Virus record (IMG/VR): IMGVR_UViG_3300046490_000071
Location: 1 to 48,084 of that record
Reading direction: 5' to 3' (one strand)
Length of the DNA stretch: 48,084 nt
DNA from: a virus
Taxonomy: Duplodnaviria > Caudoviricetes
Shown: piece by piece, positions 1 through 8,604 of the stretch
Position numbering within the stretch: position 1 is the stretch's first letter
Layout: each line of letters begins with the position of its first letter
Notes under the pieces: model-generated
Told to the model about the DNA's origin: nothing
Databases searched by the model: none
The model's input: only the letters and a program-made list of their open reading frames with translations
Translations under genes and position numbers: made by a program

Positions 1-2
1 AT

Positions 3-179
3 GGAGCAACGGCAAGGTTCCAGGTCTCAGAGTTCACTATCAACAAGCTCGACGAATTGCAGACAAACGTAGCGGGGCCGACGTTCCGTGTTAACGCGGG
101 CAAGATCCAGGTTCAGCACAACATGGTATCACCACAGCCTGTCGTATGGGCGACAGACCTCGTGTCGACCACTGCGTGA
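3..179 (+). CDS. Partial (3' end) putative tail-module protein
   Basis: Frame is open from the window edge (GATARFQVSEF...DLVSTTA) to TGA 177-179, followed by SD-like GGAG and the next ATG. Confidence 0.5.
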   Translation, partial: GATARFQVSEFTINKLDELQTNVAGPTFRVNAGKIQVQHNMVSPQPVVWATDLVSTTA

Positions 180-193
180 TCGGAGAATAACAG

Positions 194-496
194 ATGAGCG
201 TGACACCCACGGCAGGACTGATATCGAATATCGTGACTGGAGGCATCGCGGTCAACGCTATCGGTGCACTCCCCAACGGTGGCTTCATCACGAACCCTGT
301 CGACGCGGCCGATCAGGGTCTTGCCGTGGCCGAGGTGCTGTACGTCGATCCTGTTGGTGCTGCCGGTCTGGCGGCGAACGGCACGACATTCGCGCTCTAC
401 CCGGGTCAGAGCTGGCCTATCATCCCCGGCCAGACGACGCCGACTAGTGTCAACGCCGCGTCGTCCGGGCACAAATTCTCCGTCGTTAGCTGGTAG
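194..496 (+). CDS. Small putative virion structural protein
   Basis: 100 aa, rich in G/A/T/V, SD GGAG upstream, lies between tail genes. Confidence 0.65.
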   Translation: MSVTPTAGLISNIVTGGIAVNAIGALPNGGFITNPVDAADQGLAVAEVLYVDPVGAAGLAANGTTFALYPGQSWPIIPGQTTPTSVNAASSGHKFSVVSW

Positions 497-505
497 GTGA
501 TCACC

Positions 506-2539
506 ATGAAGAGATATCTCGTCGCGCTCCTGTTCCTAGCGTCGGCCGCAGCACAGCCCTACCAGCCGCAGCCCTGGTTGATCAGTGGCGCGACTATTCA
601 CTACGACAACGGCGGCATTCTTGCGGGTAGCCCGTCCGGTGGTTCCAAGGGTGCAGGAACCATCAACGGTACGATCTATGACCAGGGGGCGCGCGTAGCT
701 ACTACGGCAGAGCTGAGCGCCTATCTCCCCCTGATCGGGGGACCGACGAATCCACTTGTCGGGCCTCTCATCGTCAACCTGAACAGCGCGTCGGCGCCAC
801 CGATCATCTCAGGTGCAGCCGCTCAATTCGTCGGAGCGAACGGCGGTGTTGGATTTGTGGAGAACGACACATTCGCAGCCGCACCCATCTTCACCGGCAG
901 GCGCGCAGACGGAACCGGATCGTCACCTACTACGGTCCAACTCAACGACGTGTTAGCTGGGTTATCAGCACGACCCTACGACGGCGTAGCTTACGCGACG
1001 AGCTCCGTGGCAAACGTGCAGGTGCTAGCACTCGAGAATTTCACGGCTGCACACCACGGAGCGGCCGTCGTCATGAACTGCACCGCAGTCACAACTCTGA
1101 CGATCACGGAGTGCGGGCGATTCACCAGCACGGGGCTGACAATCGGAACCCAGCAGACAACGCAGGGCAATCTCGTCCTGGCCAACACGGCGGCGGGCAC
1201 ATACTCGACGACAATCAAGTCGTCTAACAGTGCGTCGGCTGCGTGGACAATGACGCTTCCGACGACGGCTGGAGTGAGCGGCTACGTGCTTTCAACGGAC
1301 GGTTCAGGTGTCACTTCCTGGGTAGTCCAGGGGAGTACACCTGCTGGAGGAGCGTCAACGAACGTCCAATTCAACAGCGGTTCTGGCTTTGGTGGTGACT
1401 CAGGATTCACCTACGGCAGCGGCAGCGCCGCGCTCAGCACGCAGTTGAGCGTGGGAACTGGAACACTTCCTGCAGCACTCATCGCAGTCGGAAACCAGAA
1501 CGTTGTCAACAGCACTGATCCCGGCGTTATCATCACGCGGAACCTCACCGGTGCAGGAAACTCTCACGGGTTCTCGGACAGCTCCAACTTTTCCAAGAAT
1601 GCTGGAACAGCCTACAACTCGTACGACGCGCGCATAACCACCTCTGGTTCATGGACTGGTGCACGCGATCACTACGCGGGATTTCAGTTTTCTCCGAGTT
1701 TTGGTCACACCGGAGATCCCATCACGAACGTCTACGGCATGTACCTTAGTGACCCAGCGGGTGCGGGCGCCATCACCAATAACTACGGGATCTGGATCAG
1801 CAACGAGGATCGCGGCACATCACTCAACTATGGAGTATGGTCGGACGGGCTAGCACCATCTCGATTCGGTCAGTTGCTCGTCGGCAGCGGCACGTCTGTC
1901 AGCAACGGTCGCACCTTCGACGTGGTTGTCGGGGCGCTATCCAGTTCTCCTAGCGTCGCTACTCTCGCTCTTCAGGGTGGTTCTACTGGAGAAATTGGGT
2001 ATCTGTCGTGGTTCTCCGGCACCACAGAATTAATCGAGTTCGACGGTTCTGTTTCTGGCACCAACGGAAGTAACATAACAATGTTCACCAAGGCCGACGG
2101 CGGGACGCTCCACGCAGCGCTCTCCGCGTCGTCCAGCCAAGTCATCACTATGGGTCACTACGGTGCCGGGTCAGCTACGTTTGACGCGAGCGGAAACATA
2201 TCGTCCGTGTCGGACGAGCGGCTCAAGAACATCTCTGGCGCGTTCTTACCAGATCTTACAGTGCTGCGGAGTGTGAACCCGATAATCTTTCGCTGGAAGA
2301 AGACTAGCGGTCTAGACACCAAGAACGATTACGCTGGATTCTCGGCACAGAACGTCAGATCAGCATTCGGCGTGCGCGACGCCGGGATGGTGACGGGCGT
2401 CGACAAGGCTGGGAACTACACACTCCAGGATCGTGCGCTGCTGGCCGCCGCCTACGTCTTCATCAAAAAATTAGACCAGCGGGTGACACGTCTGGAGAAC
2501 ACCAACCGCAAACTGCGTAAGAAACTCAGGAGTCACTGA
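506..2539 (+). CDS. Tail fibre/spike with C-terminal intramolecular chaperone (peptidase S74-type) domain
   Basis: G/S/T-rich beta-type body; C-terminal SDERLKNI...F.WK...GFSAQ.V then coiled coil; AGGTGA SD favours ATG 506. Confidence 0.85.
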   Translation: MKRYLVALLFLASAAAQPYQPQPWLISGATIHYDNGGILAGSPSGGSKGAGTINGTIYDQGARVATTAELSAYLPLIGGPTNPLVGPLIVNLNSASAPPIISGAAAQFVGANGGVGFVENDTFAAAPIFTGRRADGTGSSPTTVQLNDVLAGLSARPYDGVAYATSSVANVQVLALENFTAAHHGAAVVMNCTAVTTLTITECGRFTSTGLTIGTQQTTQGNLVLANTAAGTYSTTIKSSNSASAAWTMTLPTTAGVSGYVLSTDGSGVTSWVVQGSTPAGGASTNVQFNSGSGFGGDSGFTYGSGSAALSTQLSVGTGTLPAALIAVGNQNVVNSTDPGVIITRNLTGAGNSHGFSDSSNFSKNAGTAYNSYDARITTSGSWTGARDHYAGFQFSPSFGHTGDPITNVYGMYLSDPAGAGAITNNYGIWISNEDRGTSLNYGVWSDGLAPSRFGQLLVGSGTSVSNGRTFDVVVGALSSSPSVATLALQGGSTGEIGYLSWFSGTTELIEFDGSVSGTNGSNITMFTKADGGTLHAALSASSSQVITMGHYGAGSATFDASGNISSVSDERLKNISGAFLPDLTVLRSVNPIIFRWKKTSGLDTKNDYAGFSAQNVRSAFGVRDAGMVTGVDKAGNYTLQDRALLAAAYVFIKKLDQRVTRLENTNRKLRKKLRSH

Positions 2540-2541
2540 TC

Positions 2542-3063
2542 ATGGAGTTCAGCGGCCCCGCGTGGTGCGTGCGGTATCCCACCAGCACCTCCATCGACGA
2601 TCTGACGCCAGCGTTCGCCTCGGACTTGCGCGCATTCCTCTGGGCGATAGAGGACGCCGAGGCGATCGTCACGATATCTGCGACGTATCGGCCGCCGGAG
2701 CGCGCCTACCTGATGCACTGGTGCGGCATGATCTACCTCTCCAAGCAAGACCCTGAGTTCATCCCCCCGTTTGCCGGGGTGGGCATAGACTGGACCTGTG
2801 GCGGCAACGCTGCAGCCGCCCACGCTGCTGCGGCTGAGATGTTCGCCACCTACCACATCCGCTATCCGGCCGCGCTGGTGTCGCGCCACACGCAGCGCAG
2901 GGCGATCGACATGACCATCGTGCTGCCGCATCTGCCGGTGCGCCTGCCGAGTGGTAGCACCGTCTCTATCGTGACGAATGAAGACTTATACAAAATCGGC
3001 GCCAGCTACGGCGTCGTGAAGCTGATAACCGATCCACCGCATTGGAGCGACGACGGTCACTGA
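2542..3063 (+). CDS. Endolysin, peptidase M15-like Zn peptidase
   Basis: SATYRP..R, SRHTQRRAID and DPPHWS motifs match the M15 SxHxxxxAxD...H layout; located after the tail fibre. Confidence 0.75.
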   Translation: MEFSGPAWCVRYPTSTSIDDLTPAFASDLRAFLWAIEDAEAIVTISATYRPPERAYLMHWCGMIYLSKQDPEFIPPFAGVGIDWTCGGNAAAAHAAAAEMFATYHIRYPAALVSRHTQRRAIDMTIVLPHLPVRLPSGSTVSIVTNEDLYKIGASYGVVKLITDPPHWSDDGH

Positions 3064-3073
3064 GGAGGAAGAC

Positions 3074-3394
3074 ATGAACTCAATTCTTGGTTGGCTCGTA
3101 GCACAGGGCTACGGCAAGGACTTTCTGACCAACATCCTGCGCAAGCTGCTGACGGGTGGCAGCGCGGCGCTCTGCGCGTACCTGGCGCAGCACGGGGTAG
3201 AACCCGACACCTTTGCGGGGCTTTCCACGTGGATGGTAAGCCTGGCCCCCATTGTCGTCGCGATCGTGTGGGAGATTCTAGAGAAGCGTTTCGCCGCTCA
3301 GGTTACGACCGCGGCACTCGTTGCACCTCCCGGGACCACAATGACCGAGGTCAAGACGGACGCCATCGCCCGCCTCAAGGCTGGAACGGCGTGA
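3074..3394 (+). CDS. Putative holin
   Basis: 106 aa with two hydrophobic segments, SD GAGGAGG, directly after the endolysin. Confidence 0.6.
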   Translation: MNSILGWLVAQGYGKDFLTNILRKLLTGGSAALCAYLAQHGVEPDTFAGLSTWMVSLAPIVVAIVWEILEKRFAAQVTTAALVAPPGTTMTEVKTDAIARLKAGTA

Positions 3395-3624
3395 GACGCG
3401 CAGCCGCATTTGCTGCCGCCCTGTTTCTGGTGGGCTGCACATGGGACGCCCCACCCGTGACGGCGCCCCTGGCGGCCCAGCAGTGCGTTCCTAAGCGGAC
3501 GTGGACGCGGGCCGAGCAGACGGCGCTTGCCGACGCCCTGGCGTCAGTTCCCCCGGACTCCATCCTGTTCGTTCTGGAGTCCGACTGGCAGCGGATGCGG
3601 GATAATCCGAACACCTGCAAATAA
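3391..3624 (+). CDS. Lipoprotein, candidate o-spanin
   Basis: GTG overlaps the holin stop (GTGA); MRRAAAFAAALFLVGC lipobox; Pro/Cys-containing mature part. Confidence 0.6.
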   Translation: MRRAAAFAAALFLVGCTWDAPPVTAPLAAQQCVPKRTWTRAEQTALADALASVPPDSILFVLESDWQRMRDNPNTCK

Positions 3625-3652
3625 TTCCTAAACATCAATTAGGACAAAGCCA

Positions 3653-4069
3653 TTGAGCGAGTTAAACGGCATTCACCAAGTACTAGAGCGGATCGAAAGA
3701 AGTCAGGGAGAGGCCCGCGTAGAGTTCAAGAACCTGCGGCGCGAGTTGGACGAGGCAAAGGCCAATCACGTCGTTCATGAGACAGACAACCGGGACGACT
3801 TCGTACGTCTGGCGGACTCCATCAGCCAGTTCCGCTCTGCGGTCGACAAGCGTCTGACAGACCAGACGGCAGATCGCCAGCGCCATCTTGGTGAGCAGGA
3901 CATCAAGATAGATGCTATCAAAGCAGATGTCGGAAAGTTGAGCAGCGATATTTCATTGGCAAAGGGCGCAGGCTGGGCCGTGGTCGGGTTGCTCGGATCC
4001 GGGTTTCTGCTGGTCGTTGGAACAATTGTCGAATATCTACGCGGTATCATCCACATCAAACTTGGATAA
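3653..4069 (+). CDS. Coiled-coil protein with C-terminal TM helix (lysis-module membrane protein)
   Basis: Charged heptad region followed by GAGWAVVGLLGSGFLLVVG. Confidence 0.6.
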   Translation: MSELNGIHQVLERIERSQGEARVEFKNLRRELDEAKANHVVHETDNRDDFVRLADSISQFRSAVDKRLTDQTADRQRHLGEQDIKIDAIKADVGKLSSDISLAKGAGWAVVGLLGSGFLLVVGTIVEYLRGIIHIKLG

Positions 4070-4220
4070 CAGCGCGCGCCCCAACGGGGGGCCATCCATC
4101 GAGCGAGTAGGCTGTCGCAGCTTTGTCCCCTCCGGGTTGCATCAGCAAGACCTCTCTCGTGAAGGTGGATGGTCGCCCGCTGCGGCGATTAAAGTGCAGC
4201 ATCAACCCGGAGAAATGAAC

Positions 4221-4625
4221 ATGAGACTTTTTCGATCCCTGGCGGTCGGACTTGCGCTTCTCGCGCTTGGCGGCTGCACCTTGCTTCAAGGCGTTGTCGG
4301 TGATAGCGCAACGGCGAAGGACGCCTTGCGAGGCGTCCAGGCGAGCCTCGCAACCTACGCCGACGTGTACCAGCCGGCAGTTCTCGCCTACGGCCACCTT
4401 CCGCCATGCCCCTATGTCGGGCTGTGCAAGGACGCTGCGGTGCTTGCCCAACTGAAGGAAGCCGATCTCAAGGCCACGGCCGCGATTGTCGCAGCGCGCT
4501 CGGTACTGGAAGGCAAGGCAGATAGTACCGGCCAGATCACCGCGGCCCTGGCCACAATCCAAGGCGCCGAGGCGCAAATCGCCGGCAGCGGCGCACTGAC
4601 GCTCGTCAGCGGAAACGTGAGGTAA
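4221..4625 (+). CDS. Lipoprotein of unknown function
   Basis: SD GGAG at 4209-4212; MRLFRSLAVGLALLALGGC lipobox. Confidence 0.65.
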   Translation: MRLFRSLAVGLALLALGGCTLLQGVVGDSATAKDALRGVQASLATYADVYQPAVLAYGHLPPCPYVGLCKDAAVLAQLKEADLKATAAIVAARSVLEGKADSTGQITAALATIQGAEAQIAGSGALTLVSGNVR

Positions 4626-4629
4626 CACC

Positions 4630-4833
4630 ATGACCCCTGTCCAGATTCTCACAATCTTCGTCCAAGGCCTTCAACTCGTGATGCAACTCACACCGGCTGC
4701 GGTGAAGTTCTACGAAGACATGAAGGAAATCTTCGCGGCCAAGCCGGACGCCAGCATGGAAGAGATCCAGGCGGCGATTGACGAGATAGTCGACCGGATC
4801 AAGGCGCAGAGCGAGGAAATCCAGAAACTCTGA
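4630..4833 (+). CDS. Small hypothetical protein
   Basis: 67 aa helical ORF with GAGGT SD; last gene before the terminator. Confidence 0.6.
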   Translation: MTPVQILTIFVQGLQLVMQLTPAAVKFYEDMKEIFAAKPDASMEEIQAAIDEIVDRIKAQSEEIQKL

Positions 4834-4854
4834 TCGCTACATTATTAAGACGCG

Positions 4855-4893
4855 AACGCCCGGCCGCCGAAATGCGACCGGGCGTTTTCGTTT
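4855..4893. terminator. Probable bidirectional intrinsic terminator between convergent late and early blocks
   Basis: AACGCCCGGCCGC-cgaaat-GCGACCGGGCGTT stem (one mismatch) followed by TTCGTTT. Confidence 0.8.
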
Positions 4894-4903
4894 GAGCACT
4901 CCC

Positions 4904-5107
4904 CTACTGATTTAGAAATTGTTGGAGGGCTTCGATGAAGCGTGGAACACCATCGCGGCCGATCAGCAGCAATTCCACATGCGGAGATTTTCCATCTTCC
5001 GGTATTTCGGTCTGCCGAATGAACACGCCGTCACGGTCGTACCAATAGGCCGAAGCCTCGGCCATGTCAGCATTGTCCGAGTCAAAGGTGATTTCTGTCT
5101 TGCCCAT
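4904..5107 (-). CDS. Hypothetical protein
   Basis: 67 aa ORF with GGAG SD in a tightly packed minus-strand run. Confidence 0.6.
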   Translation of the reverse strand: MGKTEITFDSDNADMAEASAYWYDRDGVFIRQTEIPEDGKSPHVELLLIGRDGVPRFIEALQQFLNQ

Positions 5108-5118
5108 CGGGCCGCTCC

Positions 5119-5331
5119 CTATCTTTTTGCGACCGCAACAGCGCGGTCATAGTCCCGAAGGCAAAGCGCCTCGGCATCTTTACACAGCGCAACGATCTGG
5201 TTGACGCAGGACGCATACCTTGCATCCACGTCGCTGCCCTCCAGAAGCTTAACGGCGGCTTCGAACAGGCATAGACTGGTGTGCGCCTTCGCCAGAGTTC
5301 GGATAGCCGCTTCGCGCTCAGTCTTCGCCAT
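5119..5331 (-). CDS. Hypothetical protein
   Basis: MAKTEREAAIR..., SD GAGGA upstream. Confidence 0.55.
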   Translation of the reverse strand: MAKTEREAAIRTLAKAHTSLCLFEAAVKLLEGSDVDARYASCVNQIVALCKDAEALCLRDYDRAVAVAKR

Positions 5332-5473
5332 CTTCGTCCTCGTCAGGCTCGTAGGCGATGCACGAGCAACCGTCAGCCGTGCAAGCCGTAGAGCCGGGAT
5401 ACTTCGGATCGTCGCCATGCTCTTCCGGCGCGTGGCCGCAAGAGCATGTCCGCATGTCTGTTACCTTGGCCAT
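5318..5473 (-). CDS. Small Cys/His-rich (Zn-binding-like) protein
   Basis: Translated by hand: MAKVTDMRTCSCGHAPEEH...ACTADGCSCIAYE..., SD GAGGAG. Confidence 0.6.
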   Translation of the reverse strand: MAKVTDMRTCSCGHAPEEHGDDPKYPGSTACTADGCSCIAYEPDEDEDGED

Positions 5474-5485
5474 GTCAGCCGCTCC

Positions 5486-5650
5486 TCAATTCCAGTTCTT
5501 GCTGTTGATGAAATCCCTAATCTCGACGTAGCGCTGGCTAGCAAGGCGACGATCTTCCTCACGGCCTCGGTCATCGGCACTCCAGTATTCTGCCTCCGCT
5601 TCGTTCTTGCGGCGGCACAGTTCGTCCAGTGACATGCTGTCGAGGTTCAT
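5486..5650 (-). CDS. Hypothetical protein (54 aa)
   Basis: Translated by hand: MNLDSMSLDELCRRKNEAEAEYW...; packs between neighbours. Confidence 0.5.
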   Translation of the reverse strand: MNLDSMSLDELCRRKNEAEAEYWSADDRGREEDRRLASQRYVEIRDFINSKNWN

Positions 5651-5663
5651 GGTCGGGCGCTCG

Positions 5664-5813
5664 TTAAATAATGAGTGCGAACGGCCATAGGGCAGAGACG
5701 GCTACGCCCTTCGGTGTCCATAGCTCTAGCCCGCCAGTATAGTCGTTTATACTTGATGCCATCATCAGAATTCCGAGGGCGTATAAAATACCAGCTACGA
5801 TCCATCCGGTCAC
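5664..5813 (-). CDS. Small membrane protein (49 aa)
   Basis: GTG start with GAGGAG SD; MTGWIVAGILYALGILMM...ALWPFALII. Confidence 0.55.
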   Translation of the reverse strand: MTGWIVAGILYALGILMMASSINDYTGGLELWTPKGVAVSALWPFALII

Positions 5814-5825
5814 GCCAAAGTCTCC

Positions 5826-6005
5826 TCAGTTCAGCCCAGGTTGAGTGCCGCGCAGAGCAGCAACAACCAGGAGAGCTTCTGTCCAAATGTTAGCTTCGGT
5901 AGAGTCCGGTGGAAACGGGTCATCGAAGTTGGCTTCTATGCGGCGGCTCTTGGCCATAGCCTTCGCCACCGTCATAACGTCGTCCTCGTCCAGAACAATC
6001 TTCAC
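5826..6005 (-). CDS. Hypothetical protein (59 aa)
   Basis: GTG start with GGGGAG SD; MKIVLDEDDVMTVAKAMA... Confidence 0.55.
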   Translation of the reverse strand: MKIVLDEDDVMTVAKAMAKSRRIEANFDDPFPPDSTEANIWTEALLVVAALRGTQPGLN

Positions 6006-6016
6006 AGGCCGCTCCC

Positions 6017-6295
6017 CTACTGTGTGGTGCGGCTGTTGCCGCGCATGTGTTCGATGATCCAGGCCGCGATGCCAGCTTCGTCGGTCTCGCGGATTGTCGC
6101 CGTCGGCATGTTGATGGTGATGATCTTGTCATCCATCACGATGCCAAACTTTACTGACCCCCGCGCGAGCGCCGCCGCCATCTTTCCAGCGGGGTCGGCG
6201 GCGACCTTCTCGCCGCGCTCGACCGCTTTGATAATCTTCGCCATCTTGTCGGCTTCAGCCTCCAGCTTCCACGCGGGAGATTGTGCAGTACTCAT
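6017..6295 (-). CDS. Hypothetical protein
   Basis: MSTAQSPAWK..., ATGA overlap with the upstream gene. Confidence 0.6.
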   Translation of the reverse strand: MSTAQSPAWKLEAEADKMAKIIKAVERGEKVAADPAGKMAAALARGSVKFGIVMDDKIITINMPTATIRETDEAGIAAWIIEHMRGNSRTTQ

Positions 6296-6897
6296 GTTCC
6301 CACCTTCGGACCTTCTGTGCCGTCGTTTTCGTACCATGTGAACTCGCCATTCTCTCCCACCGGGAAGTGAGTCCGGCAGGTTGAGCAGAATGTGCCGCTG
6401 TAGAAGTGCGGGTCGCGGGCGTATGTCTCAGCCAAGGCGCGGCCCATCGTGGTGATCTTGCCGCATGTCGTGTGCCGGTAGGACTCGCGCACGGGGCGGA
6501 CAAAGCCCTTTGCGCGTTCGGCGTCGCTCAGGACGATGTAGCCCTTCTGCATTCCGCTGGCAGTCAACTCGGTGTGGCTGCGATCTTCCGGGACTGGAGA
6601 ACCGTCAGTAAGCACCACCTTGGAACGGTCAACTGGTGGAGCGGTAGCGGTGGTGTAAGCCTGCTTGATGATGTCCAATCTGTGCCGGGCCCTTTGCAGG
6701 TGGCTAGCGGCATAGTTGGCGGCTTCTCGGGCGCGCGATTCCTCTTTCAGTGCGCCATCGTATTCGCGCTGGGCCTCTTCGAGAGCCGACTTTGCATCAC
6801 GCGCCGCACGCTCGCGCCGCGTCCGCTCGTTCTCCTCTTCCGAAAAACAGTCCGTGCATTCTCCGTTCATGCACCCAGGGCATTCTGTCTCAGTCAC
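6292..6897 (-). CDS. Hypothetical protein with Cys-rich N-terminus, coiled coil and C-terminal Zn-ribbon-like domain
   Basis: CPGC..CTDC, then coiled coil, then HTTCG...FCSTC. Confidence 0.65.
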   Translation of the reverse strand: MTETECPGCMNGECTDCFSEEENERTRRERAARDAKSALEEAQREYDGALKEESRAREAANYAASHLQRARHRLDIIKQAYTTATAPPVDRSKVVLTDGSPVPEDRSHTELTASGMQKGYIVLSDAERAKGFVRPVRESYRHTTCGKITTMGRALAETYARDPHFYSGTFCSTCRTHFPVGENGEFTWYENDGTEGPKVGT

Positions 6898-6915
6898 GGT
6901 TCACTCCCTACCTGA

Positions 6916-7176
6916 CTACGCTGTGCCAACCGGCGCGAACTGTGACACCTTGCGTTCCGGCTTGGCGATGGCGCGGACGGCGTGCATGAACGCGTCTTCG
7001 CCATGAGTGGCCGCAAGAGCGATCTGGCGCTGATCAGCGCTGGGTAGGCCCTTGAGATAATCCACCAAGCCGTTGAACTGTGCTTCAAGATGCTTGACGC
7101 CGTTCATGGCATTGATCTCGTCCTGAGAGAGATCGCGGTACCCGGTAATCTTCTGATGCTGGTTATCCAATTGCAT
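6916..7176 (-). CDS. acb2: Acb2-like anti-CBASS cyclic-oligonucleotide sponge
   Basis: DNQHQKITGYRDLSQDEINAMNGVK...RQIALAATH...AVRAIAKP closely follows the Acb2 sequence pattern as recalled ([22 protein letters not shown].VK...RWLAIGKTD...IRAIAQP). Confidence 0.85.
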   Translation of the reverse strand: MQLDNQHQKITGYRDLSQDEINAMNGVKHLEAQFNGLVDYLKGLPSADQRQIALAATHGEDAFMHAVRAIAKPERKVSQFAPVGTA

Positions 7177-7181
7177 TTCTC

Positions 7182-7514
7182 CTAGTTGAGCAGATCAAGG
7201 CCAAGGACCTTTCTCACTTCTGGCGAGAGATGCTTGGCCGCATCCTGTCCAGACTGGCTCCGCGCCCATTCGTCAGATTCTTCCTTCGTCGCGTCGAACT
7301 CACCGTTCGCGACGCGGCCGGCGAATTTGGTCAATCCCGCGGCCGTCAGTTCGGTATAGAGCTGAGTGATGGGGCAGACGTAGGTGTCAGCGTAATCATC
7401 AAACTCACCGGTTTCTGCACGCTTGGCGAACGCCTCGTACTTTGCCGCGTTCTCTGGTGAAGCCACGGTGGCAACTTTCCGAAGCTCAGATGCCAATCGT
7501 TCACGCGTGCGCAT
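7182..7514 (-). CDS. Hypothetical protein with duplicated GEFD motif
   Basis: RAETGEFDD and RVANGEFDA; SD AGGAG. Confidence 0.7.
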   Translation of the reverse strand: MRTRERLASELRKVATVASPENAAKYEAFAKRAETGEFDDYADTYVCPITQLYTELTAAGLTKFAGRVANGEFDATKEESDEWARSQSGQDAAKHLSPEVRKVLGLDLLN

Positions 7515-7522
7515 GGCAGCTC

Positions 7523-7828
7523 CTAACCTGGATAGGTTTCTTCTGCCGGCTCATGACCCGGCCACCATACGGTACGCATCCGGCGCGGCTGTTGCCCCTT
7601 GGGGCCGAACACTTCCAATCCGTCCATGCCTCCAAAGGCCGTCCGAACTAGGCGCCATACCGGGGATGGTGATCGGCCGACCTCGCGTTGGGCTTCACGA
7701 ACACGAAGGGCGAACCGCACACAATCGATGAATGTGTGTTTCGCAAGTACCCCGATAATGGCAACAGTGGCGAAGCTAACCAAGCCCCACACACCAACGC
7801 CAGACCAGAAGAAGAATGCGTAGGCCAT
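7523..7828 (-). CDS. Hypothetical membrane-anchored protein
   Basis: N-terminal hydrophobic helix, GGGGAG SD. Confidence 0.6.
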   Translation of the reverse strand: MAYAFFFWSGVGVWGLVSFATVAIIGVLAKHTFIDCVRFALRVREAQREVGRSPSPVWRLVRTAFGGMDGLEVFGPKGQQPRRMRTVWWPGHEPAEETYPG

Positions 7829-7846
7829 GGTTTACTCCCCTTCTGA

Positions 7847-8590
7847 CTATGCTGCCACCAGCGGCAGCGTTCCATTCAAACGGTCCCGAGCCGCCGCCGC
7901 CATTTCGGCGTCGATCTCGGCCCCGACGTAATTTCTCCCCGAGCGGCGGCAGGCTTCACCTGAAGCACCGGACCCGGCAAACATGTCACCCACAAGCCCG
8001 GCCTTCGGGCAACTCGTCCGAACCAGAATCTCGAGCAATTCGGCCGGCTTCTCGGTCGGGTGGATAGCCCGTCCGTGCATTGACGCCATGTAGATCACCG
8101 AGCGCATGATGCGAGGGCCGCCGTCGATACTTTGGTATGGCGTCTGTTCAATCTTCCCAAGGTGTGCCGGACGCCCCTTCTTCCGTTTCACCGACCGCGC
8201 TACCGCGTCTGGTGTGGTCTGCACGTCGTTGTAGATGTCTTCCCACTTGGTGTTGACGTTGTAGAATTGCACCGCCTGTTCGTGAACGCGCTTGAAGCGG
8301 TCGGCGTGGAACGCTGACCCGTTGTGTTTTTCCCAAACGATGTCTTGGGCAAGCCGGAATCCTGCATCGCGGAACTGGTGGCCTTGGTCGATGAAAAACC
8401 GCATCGAGCCGAATACCCACATTGATCCGCTCGGCTTCATTAACGAACGGGCAACCTGCAGCCAGCCGTCAACGCGCTTGTCCCATGCCAAGGATGTGTC
8501 ACCGTAGGGTGGATCAGCCACGAGCATGTCGAAAGGCGCGTGCGGTTGCAGCACTTTCCGGCAGTCTCCGGTGATAATCTCAACGCCCAC
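7847..8590 (-). CDS. DNA N6-adenine/N4-cytosine methyltransferase (beta-class motif order)
   Basis: DPPY, HPTEKP and DMFAGSG motifs; GTG start with GAGGAGG SD. Confidence 0.9.
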   Translation of the reverse strand: MGVEIITGDCRKVLQPHAPFDMLVADPPYGDTSLAWDKRVDGWLQVARSLMKPSGSMWVFGSMRFFIDQGHQFRDAGFRLAQDIVWEKHNGSAFHADRFKRVHEQAVQFYNVNTKWEDIYNDVQTTPDAVARSVKRKKGRPAHLGKIEQTPYQSIDGGPRIMRSVIYMASMHGRAIHPTEKPAELLEILVRTSCPKAGLVGDMFAGSGASGEACRRSGRNYVGAEIDAEMAAAARDRLNGTLPLVAA

Positions 8591-8604
8591 GCCTTCGGCC
8601 TCCT

